A DNA stretch of 64,000 nt. It comes from Eledone cirrhosa (taxonomy: Eukaryota). The stretch spans positions 222,518,001 to 222,582,000 of the forward strand of contig OZ024742.1 in the NCBI GenBank assembly GCA_964016885.1, written 5' to 3'. Both the position numbers and the translations under genes were made by a program. How positions within the stretch are numbered: position 1 is the first letter of the stretch; every line of letters begins with the position of its first letter. The notes beneath the pieces are model-generated. The model saw only the letters and a program-made list of their open reading frames with translations, ran no database searches and was not told the DNA's origin. Below, in pieces: positions 54,326 through 64,000 of the stretch.

Positions 54326-54466
54326 CCCTTTCATATATATATCATCATGGTTTTTATGTCTTTTTTCATGCTCGCATGGGTTGGACAAGATGTTTTAAAA
54401 CTGTTTTACAGTTAAATCCCCTTCCTGACACCAACCCTTTTTGTTGCCTTTTAAAACACACAGGTA

Positions 54467-55033
54467 CAGGGGTTGGACAAAATAATGGAAACACCTAGCA
54501 TCATAGCATCATAATTTTGAAATATCTATAAAACCGTCAAAAGCTTGTTTATTTTTATTGTTCTCAAGGTGGTCGTTAAGTTCTGCAGTAATTTTGGGAG
54601 CTGTACTTTTGTGATACTTTCTAATAATTTGCGTAAGAGTCCGACGGTTCCTATCTGAAAGTTTTGGTTTTCTTCCGGAGTTTTGTTTCGACAAGGAGGT
54701 TTTTCCCTCTTTCTCAAAGGCTGTCATTACTTTCAAGACAGTACTTCTTGATATACCAAACATTTTGGCTGTTTTTGTTACGCTAGCGCCTGCCATACGA
54801 TCACCAACAATTTGACCTCTTTGAAAGTCCGATAGATCTGTCATTTTAATGAATTTTAATTACCTTTTTCTGATGATATCTGAAAAGAAACAGCAATTGT
54901 AACAAAACATATTAAGCAACACTAATAATAAATCAAAAAACATAAAAATAAACAAGCTTTTGACGGTTTTATAGATATTTCAAAATTATGATGCTATGAT
55001 GCTAGGTGTTTCCATTATTTTGTCCAACCCCTG
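54467..55033 (-). mobile_element. Internally deleted Tc1 element with ~90-bp perfect TIRs and the transposase N-terminal HTH region
   Basis: TA TSD at 54465-66 and 55034-35; TIR CAGGGGTTGGACAAAATAATGGAAACACC...; ORF 54844-54509 MTDLSDFQRGQIVG...GRKPKLSDRNRRTL...STAPKITAELN. Confidence 0.92.
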
Positions 55034-55782
55034 TATATGGTGTATCGATTCTAAAAACCTGGATACACATGGCATATATATATGTATTATGTATATCATC
55101 ATCATTATTTAACATCTTTTCTCACTGCTAGCTCACTCTGTAAAGTGGTTGTGCAGGTGCCACAATACAATGCATCTACTACACACTAAAGTTGTTAACA
55201 TTAGAATGGCAATCAGAAACTATGCAGAACTGCAACATGACAACCTGTCCAACCCATGCCAGCATGGAACATGGTTATAATATGGTGATGATGATGATAT
55301 CATATTTTTGATAAAATACATTGTATTTAAATTAATTAATGAAGAATTTGAAGGGAGTTATTCAAATTATGATATCAACCTGCCAAAAACTACCTCTGGT
55401 TCCATGAAACACAACCACTCATTTTAAAGGGTTCCTATTTAAAATAATTTGAAATAAGAACCATATGTTAAGTTACTATCTTAGTAATGGATTATAAATA
55501 ATTTTAGTAAATCCCTCAAAATTCTTCATTATGTACCATATTTTCTAGTGTCAAAAATGCTCCAATGTATGGATACATCACCTTTCGAGTAGCTAACTTT
55601 TGGAAAAAAGAAGTTTAACATAATCTTTGGCCTCCGATATGTGAGGTTAATTTTCCAGGCATTTTGGGGGGAAAAAAAAGTATCTTCCATTCTGAGAAAT
55701 ATGGTAAATGAAATAGAGTGTACTTCAATAGAAATACTGTGATAAAAGGGTTAAATGTTCTTATTTTTTGTGTGTGTTTTAG

Positions 55783-55962
55783 GTTACCATTATGGTATCT
55801 TCTCTTGTGAAAGTTGTAAAGGGTTCTTCAAACGGACTGTACAGAACAAAAAAGTCTACCAATGTCACCAAAAAAACTGTTGTGAAATAAATGTCTACAA
55901 TCGGAAGAAATGTCCTGCTTGTCGGTTTAATAAATGTCTTGAAAGTGGTATGTTATTGGAAG
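55783..55962 (+). CDS. Hr39: NR5B/HR39-like receptor, coding exon B (C4 zinc-finger DBD)
   Basis: AG|GT..., [23 protein letters not shown]...[20 protein letters not shown], donor G|GTAAGC; ESCKG P-box of NR5, and IFSC plus RKKCPACRF are HR39-type. Confidence 0.95.
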
Positions 55963-56084
55963 GTAAGCAATTTCAGTCTTATTATAATGTAAACTAATTA
56001 ACTACCATATTTTTTAGAATATAAAATGTACAGTTGTGTAAGACATTTCTATTTTGGAGAAAAAAGTTATTGTAGTCTTCTTCT

Positions 56085-56290
56085 CATCCCATCCTCATAT
56101 CTAGGGGTCAGGGATTATGGACTTATGGATCAGCACTCCCCATCTTTTCCTGTCTCTTGCTATTGCTATACATTCCATCAAACTCCTTCCTGTCCATTCC
56201 TTAATATCATCTTTCCGTCTCCTCTTCTGCAGTCCCCTGGCCCTTTTCCCCTGTATTTGTCCCTCAAGGATGCAAGTAGTCATTTCAGTA
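56085..56290 (-). mobile_element. RTE (BovB-like) 3' end fragment
   Basis: ILEGQIQGKRARGLQKRR.KDDIKEWTG.SL.E....ARDRKRW. Confidence 0.7.
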
Positions 56291-57483
56291 GTATCTGATA
56301 TTTTTATTCTGTGTATAGGAGCCCTGAGAATTTTGACATCAAATTTTTATCGAAAAATATAATTCGTCCATCACATGTTGAATTCAGTTCAACCCTCTAT
56401 TTCTATATCTGTAGAAATAGACAGAAAACATTGCAAACAAAATTAAATGAAATTTACAGCTCACACATGTTGATCAAACAACTGAATGTGCATTGCCAAA
56501 ATCAATAAAGGATTCATCATTAGAATTGTTAGTATAGAGCAGTGGCTCCTTGGGCACCTGGCCAGGAAGAGGGAGAGGGGGCCTGTGAGCTATGTTTATA
56601 ATTTCCATTACTGAGTTAAAAACAATATACACATGCTATTGGGTTTTCGTTATTCTCTAAATATAAACATTTTTCTCTGTTGATTGTTATTTTTACCATA
56701 TAACAATCTGGGAAGGGAGTAAATGTAGGGTGGGGGGTCTGTGGGGAAAATTCATTTAACCCTTTTGACACCAAACTGCTATAAACTGCCCCTGGTATTA
56801 AGATAGAAAATGGTTTGTTTTAAAGTGTTTAATTTTATCTAAAAACATTCCTTCTTAATTTTATGTAAGAAAGGTAAAAACTTTTATTAAGTTATATTCC
56901 AAATGCCAACTTAATAATGAGAAAATTAGTCATATTACTAAATCTCTCCAAAATATTTTAATCTTTTTGATACAAAACTGTCTTAACCTGCCACTGCTTC
57001 TATGATATACAGTTGTTTGTTTTAAAGTGTTTGTTTATCTCAAACCCTTAATAGAAATGTTAGTTATATTACTAAATCCTTCCAAATTCTTGATTATTTT
57101 CAAAATGTTTTCGAAACCATAGTCAGTATCTTTCATTAGAAATATAGTAACAAAAGGGTTAAAGTGTTTATATTTATTTAAAAACCTTCCATTGTAATTT
57201 TATATAAGAACATTTATGTTCCAAACCCCAGCTTAATAATGAGGAAGTTAGTTATATTACTAAATCCTTCCAAATCTTTATTTTCCAAATTATTTTAAAA
57301 TTATGGGCAGTGTCCTTCTTAAGAAATATAGTAACAAAAGGGTTGAATAAAAGAGTATCTTGGTAATAAAAAGGTTAGAAACCACTGGTCTAGACTAAGA
57401 ATTCAGAGTTGCACTTTGACATTTTATGTCATAATATTTTATGTACCTTTCTAAACTTCCTCTTCTCTTCATTTATTTTGCAG

Positions 57484-57962
57484 CTATCCGTCTTGATCGA
57501 ACACGTGGTGGAAGAAGTTCTTATGATGGTTGTTCACCACATGGCCGTACGCGAGACATTGTTGACAAACAGAAACTTCACAAACTGACCACCACAGCAA
57601 AACCAAAAAATCATCATCATCATCATCAACAACAACAACAGTCACAGCATTCCCAACGATCATTGGCCATTCCAAACATGACAATCCCAAAAGCTGGTCA
57701 GAACAAGGCTAGCCAGCTTGTTGCTATCCTGAGCCGTAACAGTAGTAGTTCGGAGGACAAGAAACCTTTTGTTCCACAAATTCTTACAGACATTATGAAT
57801 CTAGAATCATTACTATGTGATGACGAACCAAACACCCAAATTCTATTGGAAGACCCAACAAGTTATACATCTTTAATGCAGATTACTAAAGACGGTCCTC
57901 AGTAATCTGCATTAAAGATGTATAACTTGTCTGGTCTTCACTAGAATTTGGCAGCTATATCG
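57484..57962 (+). CDS. Hr39: NR5B/HR39-like receptor, coding exon C (FTZ-F1 box, hinge, LBD start); contains in-frame stops at 57903 and 57942
   Basis: CAG|CT gives AIRLDRTRGGRSSY; VPQILTDIMNLESLL (helix 1); ends in-frame AAIS|GTAAGT, phase 0 matching the next exon. Confidence 0.85.
57836..57951. repeat. 116-nt inverted-repeat hairpin inside coding exon C
   Basis: 57858-57887 is the exact reverse complement of 57901-57930 (30 bp), 13-nt loop; the stem extends about 21 nt further with 3 mismatches and 1 bulge. Confidence 0.95.
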
Positions 57963-59494
57963 GTAAGTACATCTTACTAGTAATGCATTCTTAGACTTTC
58001 ATACTGTCCTGATAAGAATTTAGTTGACACAACCCAAGGTTTTTGTCCAAGTTTGGTATCTGGTATTTATTTTAGATTTCTTTTTTATTGAACTAAGTTA
58101 TGGGGACATAAACAGACACATACATAAATGTAAACACAAACATGGATACACATATATAGACAGACACTCATATGCAGAGAGGTTACTTTGAGATGTATGC
58201 AGCCCATATGTAATCATACTCATCATGGGATCCTTTTTGAGGCAATGTTTTACGGCCACATGCCCTCCATGGAGTCAACCATTTTATTGTCCTATACCTA
58301 ATAATAAAAAAAACTTAGCTTATGACTTTTAAATTGTTTTGAAAATAATTAAGAATTTAGGGGGATTTAGTAATATAAATCACCATCATCATCGTTTAAT
58401 GTCCACTTTCCATGCTAGCATGTGTTAGACAGGTTGTCCCATTTGAGGCAAGTTGGGTCAGATGACCGTGTCTTGCTCATATAGAACTGTTTCCGGCTAG
58501 ATTTCTACTGCTGGATGCTCTTCCTAACGCCAACCACATTTACAGTGTGTGCTGGGTGCTTTTTGTCATTACACCTACATGACCACTTTACAGTGTGTGC
58601 TGGGTGCTTTGATAACTTTCTTATTATTAAGCTGATATTTAGAGCATAACTCAACAAAGGTTCTTACATAAGATAAATAAGCACTTTAAAATAAGCAGCT
58701 ATGTATTGTAGAACCAGGGGTAGTTTCAGGTTGTTTAAGCTGGTGTTTGGAACATAACTCATGGAAGGTTCTTACATAAAATTATCATGGAAAGTTTTTA
58801 GATAAATGAGTAAGATATGGTCATCTGATATGTTTTGTCTTAGAATGGGATGACCCATCCAAACCATGCCAGCATGGAAAACAAACGTAAAATGGATGAT
58901 GGTGATAAACATTTTAAATAAGAAACATTATATCATAGTACCTAGGGCGGTTTCAGGCAGTTTGGTAATAAAAATGTTTAACTGAAAATGATCTTAACAT
59001 CTGGTATAATTTGATACTCTCCTCAGTATGATGTGATCCAGAAGAACAATAGGCCTGACCTTCTCCAGCTGGTTTTGTCAGAGAGAAGGGAAAAATGTGT
59101 CCATAGATTAAAAATCCAATGATTTTATTTCTATTTTCTATTCATTCTTACGCCCTTTCTCAATGTGTAGAAAATATATTAATCTTACTTCGCATCAGAT
59201 TTAATTATGTTACCCTTTAAAACCTATTTCACATATCTAATTTTCAAAAGAATTTTTAGAAAGATAAATATCTTTGTGTACATGTAGTCTTCAGGTTATT
59301 GCTCTATCTCTATCTCTCTATCCATATGAATATATATATATATACATGAACATACAGTTGACTTAAGAAATATTTGGACATTTGAAATGTAGTCATCCCA
59401 ACGTAAACAACTATAATTTGAATCCACTTTTTTCTGTCACTAGGGGCACTTTACCCACTTTTTTCAACTATTGTTTATAGTGATCAACTATTAT

Positions 59495-59989
59495 AGTTGA
59501 TGGAAAGTTGATGGAAGCCATGGAGTGGGGAGACCCCAAAAGACCTGGGATGAGATGATAAAAGCTGACCTTGCCCAATTACGCCAGAGGTCACGGTCCT
59601 GTGTCATCACCTTTGAGAGGTGATGACACAGGACTGTGACCTCTGGCGTCATGCAGTAATACAGAAGACCCGACTTCCCACGGGAACAAGCCGACACTGA
59701 AGCATATAGACAATATGCCCCATCCCCTCCCACTGCAAAGTGGTTGTGCAGGTGTCATGATAAAAAAGCACCCAGCCCACACTGTAAAGTGGTCGTGTAA
59801 GTGACACGAAAAAAAAAAGCACCCAGAAATCATGTAAATGAGGTTGGTGTTAGGGCATCCAGCTGTAGAAATCAATCCAAATCAGCTCCCATATTAGCAA
59901 GACATGGTCACCCAACCTGGCACTGCCCACAACAGGACAACCCGTCTAACCCATGCTAGCATAGAAGAATGGACGTAAAACAATGATGA

Positions 59990-59992
<3 letters not shown>
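59495..59992 (+). mobile_element. RTE 3' fragment and tail
   Basis: KVDGSHGVGRPQKTWDEMIKADL, then the shared tail; paralog of 8856-9330. Confidence 0.75.
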
Positions 59993-60036
<44 letters not shown>

Positions 60037-60784
60037 TACATACAGAGTGTCCCAAAAAACACTGATTACCTGTACAGGCAATATTTATTAGAATCCACAG
60101 CCTTTCACAAAAATAAAATGATCTACAGACATAATTTGAATAATGCATATAAAACAGAATTTATTTGAATACATTATTTTTGCTGTTAAAGTGTGTATAG
60201 ATTTTTGGGGGACACCCTGTGTATGCATACGTACGTATGTACGTACATAGATACATATATACAATGTATTATACATGTATATATCAAGCTCTCTATATTT
60301 CTCTCTCATTCTCTCTTCCTCTTTCAATGACAACAATAATAAAAAGAACAGTGATAAGCTGAAAGGCACCTCTACACGGTTACTCCACCTGCAAGAAATA
60401 TAAGCTAAATCTCCCATAAATCTCACCCTACCATCTTAAAAAATAAGGAAGAACACAATATTTACACTCTGTAAAGTGTAAATTGCCCATCTTATGTAAT
60501 TTTGGGAGTCTACTTTTGTTGCCATGAATTAGAGCTGGTATATAAATAAAAATAATGACAGACACTGCCTATGATTTTCAGATAATTTTTAAAACAATCA
60601 AGAATTTGAGAGATTTAGTAATATAACTAACTTTCACATTATTAAGCTGGTAAGTAGAATATAACAAAGATTCTGTCATGAAATTATGATGAAAGGTTTT
60701 TAGATAAATAAGCAGCCTTGTATCTTAGTACCAGATGTGGTTTCATGCTGTGTGATATCTGTGTATATTATCTATTATCTTCAT

Positions 60785-60978
60785 CATTTAAACCGGCCAG
60801 AATTCTCTCACCTCTTTCTGTTGAAACTGGCTGTAACCGTCCACTCATACATATGTTAAGGTATTGTTCTCAAAATAAATAATATCAAAATCTCATAGAA
60901 TCGATATTATGTGAGGTAAAGCCTTTACCCTAAAAATATAATAGTATATATAGAATTATGTAAATGTTAAAGGGTTAA
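60785..60978 (+). mobile_element. Family P MITE
   Basis: Conserved body; ends AAATGTTAAAGGGTTAA. Confidence 0.7.
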
Positions 60979-61473
60979 CATTTGTTTTCTGTGCTAGTAA
61001 GAGTTGAATTAGTTGTCACTGACCAAGTCAGTACTTAGTTGGAGCCACTAACTTCTTAGATGAGCCAGAGACCTCATCTTGCCCACATATGTTCCTGCTC
61101 TCTAGAGTGAACCAAATGCATTTTATTGTAACACCGGGACTAGCAGGCTGTCATGCCCTTGACACAACTGAAAAGTCCTCTTGACCCTTTGTTTGGTAAA
61201 TTTTCTATGGCTGGATGCCCTTTTTAACACCAACCCCTTTACAATGTACTGGATGTCTTTTAACATGGGACCGACACTAGAAATGTTGTCATGCCCTTAA
61301 TGCAACCAAAAAGTCCTGTTTATAACAAAATACTTGAAAGTTTGAACTCAGCTCATAAACCCCCAGTACTATTTTTGTAGAACCCCAGGTTGGCAACCAC
61401 TGCTTCAGGCTATTTCTGTTTTTATTTTGTTGTTTTTGTCACTGTATTTGATTGTTTATTTATTTATTTCCAG

Positions 61474-61726
61474 ACTGATGACCAAATACTGCTACTTCAG
61501 AACTGTTGGTCAGATCTACTACTATTAGAATGCTGTTACCGATCTAAAGAGAAACCATCAGAAATTCGCCTTGCTCAAGGGGCTACCCTTTCAGTAAAAA
61601 CAGCTAAATCTCTTGGTTTGGACAGTGTAGTGTCAATGGTGGTGGAGTTAGCTGAGCAGTTAAATCGACTCAAAGTAGACCTGTATGAATTTGTTGGTCT
61701 AAAAGTATTGGTGCTCATTACACCAG
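61474..61726 (+). CDS. Hr39: NR5B/HR39-like receptor, coding exon D (LBD helices 4-8); gene continues beyond the window
   Basis: TTTCCAG|ACT; TDDQILLLQNCWSDLLLL...LKVDLYEFVGLKVLVLITP; donor G|GTAAAG. Confidence 0.93.
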
Positions 61727-62053
61727 GTAAAGAAAGTTTTGTTTTCCTATTTATTTAGTATCATAGCCATGTATATATATGTGTGTGTGTATATATATAT
61801 GTATTAGAAAATGGAAGTGAGGTTCTATACAAAACAGTGGATAAAGAGAAAAGATGAAGTTGGAAATAGCACGGGAGATATATTTAAGGGTCTGCTTTTC
61901 TTTTTTGATTGGTCAAAGTGACATTATTGAAAAGATAGTGTTATTAAAAAGATAATGTTATTAAAAGAAGAGAGGGACAATTCTTTTTTTTTTATTTTTT
62001 ATGAAGTATATAAAGTATATGAGAAAATATATATATGTATATATATATATATA

Positions 62054-62658
62054 TTAAAATAACAGATTAAAGTTTAAGCAAAGAATCGCTGCTTTCACCC
62101 TTAACGGGATCTTCTGAAACTAAAAATATCAATCTGTGAACGCAGAAGTGAATATTTCAAAAAACGTTGCAACCGGAGGAAGACAGGAAGACGATACCTT
62201 GGTTCGTGGAAACGTTCCCACAACATGACGTAAAATATCTGCGTATAGTTTGTACTATCCGTTAGGGTATAATGTGGGGCTGTAATACTGGAAAGTTTTG
62301 TGCAATTTATGTTTACAAGCCGAAATTGCCTCAGATTTTTTGTTTAAGATGTGGTCTTTGGCGTAGAGTATTTCCAGGGCTTCAGCAGCGCAGAGGTCAC
62401 ATAAATTGCACAAAACTTTCCAGTATTACAGCCCTACATTATACCCTAACGGATAGTACGAACTATACGCAGATATTTTATGTCTTGATGTGGGAACGTT
62501 TCCATGAACCAAAGTATCGTCTTCCTGTCTTCCTTCAGTTGCAACGTTTTTCGAAATATTTACTTCTGCGTTCACAGATTGATATTTTTAGTTTCAGAAG
62601 ATCCTGTTAAGGGTGAAAGCAGCGATTATTTGCTTAAACTTTAATCTGTTATTTTAAT
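62054..62658. repeat. Large fold-back, ~258-bp arms and ~87-nt loop, adjacent to (TA)n
   Basis: 62054-62311 is the near-perfect reverse complement of 62399-62658; the arm is also present at 2712-2875. Confidence 0.9.
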
Positions 62659-62751
62659 AAATATTTGCTCTATGGTTCTTATATATTTGATATATATTTA
62701 TCCTTATCGAGCCCTCTTTGGATTTTAGTCTTCAAATTTATTATTATTACT

Positions 62752-64000
62752 ATCATCATCATCATCATCAACGTTTAACGTCCGTGTTCCACGCTTGCAT
62801 GGGTTTGGACGGGGGTAGTCCCACTTGAGGCAAGAGTGATTGTCTTGCTCGCATAGGACTGTCTGGCAGGTTTTCTACAGTTGGATGCCCTTCCTAACAC
62901 CAACCACATTTACAGTGTGGGTCTGGGAGGTTTTTACCGTGTTGCCTACACGGCCACATTACAGCGTGGACTGTGTGTTTTTTTGTCGTGACACCTACAC
63001 GATCTCATTTGTTTCGGCCTCGATGGCGCGGCACCAACATAACTTTACATAGAACGGGGTGGTGTGGATCGGGTGGGGGTGGGGGTGGTGGGACGGGGTG
63101 TATTTTGTTAGAGATGCCTACTGGCTGGAGTAGGTTTTACTATATATTTAGGTAAGGCGGGTCTTCTCTGTTACTGAGTACCGCCAAAGGTCTCGGTCCA
63201 GTGACATTGTCTTGGAGAGGTGTAAGTGTGTGATGTCGGAGTTTATCAGCTCGTCCCAGGTTTTTCTAGGTCTGCCTATTCCGTGACTACCGTCTATCTT
63301 TATTGCCCTGCACTTTGTTATACAGCTATCGACTTTCATGCGCATCACGTGTCCATACCAACGTAGCCTTCTCTCGAGTAAACAACATCTGATCCCTCTT
63401 ATCTCTAATTTTTTCCTTAGTTCGTTTATGCTTTGCCGTTCACGTATATTACTGTTACACATCCAGCGGAGCATGCAAGCTTCGTTCCTCTCTAGTCTGC
63501 GTATATCCTCTGCACACAATGCCCAGGTCTCACTGCCATGCAGCATTGCTGTTCGTATGCAGGCATCGTACAACCTGCCTTTCATTTTTAGTGAGAACCC
63601 TTTAGCAGCTAATAGTGGTATAAGCTCTCTGAACTTTTTCCAACCAGTTCTGACTCTAGCTACAGTACTTTCAGAGCACCCTCCCCCACTGCTGATTTTA
63701 TCGCCCAGGTAACGGAAGCTGTCCACTATTTCTATAGAACCCTCTGCGCAATTGAAAGAGCTAGTAGTTTGTGGGCACTTGCTGCTACTTATTGCACCAG
63801 AGCACCGGCCACATGTAAAATCTATGTTCTTAGTTAGCTTACCTGTGATCCCACTACATCTTTTATGCACCCATACTTTGCATTTAGGACATAAAATGGA
63901 GTTTCTACCTACGCCTTTCCTACACACCGAGCACGACCATTTCCCAGAAGGGACCGCCGCCTTGTTTTCTTTCCTACAAACTAGTACTTTGGTCTTAGCC
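62752..64000 (-). mobile_element. RTE-clade (RTE-X-like) LINE, 3' portion with uninterrupted ORF 63148-64000
   Basis: C..CRKGVGRNSILC..C..WVHKRC Cys/His insert, FRYLGD, ARVRTGWKKFREL, RRLRWYGHVMRM, GRPRKTW, followed by the 3' UTR and (GAT)n tail. Confidence 0.92.

Noticed and set aside
57888-57902. Alternative donor (ACG|GTCCTC) or micro-intron that would remove the stops
   Set aside because: Poor donor consensus, wrong phase for the next exon, and it would still not restore helix 3; cannot be fully excluded without RNA data

Overview
AT-rich, microsatellite-dense eukaryotic DNA. The repeat content (tRNA-SINEs with RTE tails, TTAA MITEs) suggests an octopus-like coleoid cephalopod; this is an inference. 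The only host gene I can support is a + strand nuclear receptor of the NR5B/HR39 (FTZ-F1-beta) class, with four coding exons at 51462-52367, 55783-55962, 57484-57962 and 61474-61726; it runs off the right end of the window. The rest is transposon debris (RTE, CR1, CRE-like, Tc1/mariner, pogo-like, piggyBac-type MITEs, Helentron-like, SINEs), two TE-derived minisatellites and simple repeats. Two signals stand out. (1) A 116-nt fold-back hairpin with a perfect 30-bp stem lies inside the third receptor exon. It occupies the place of LBD helix 3 and adds two in-frame stops, while the frame and splice donor stay intact. (2) A set of (TA)n-embedded fold-back elements carries minimal type I hammerhead ribozyme motifs (Penelope pLTR/retrozyme-like). 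One has a fully intact core with cross-copy covariation, and in several the fold-back axis sits at the ribozyme's 5' edge. Most ORFs in the supplied track are microsatellite artefacts.
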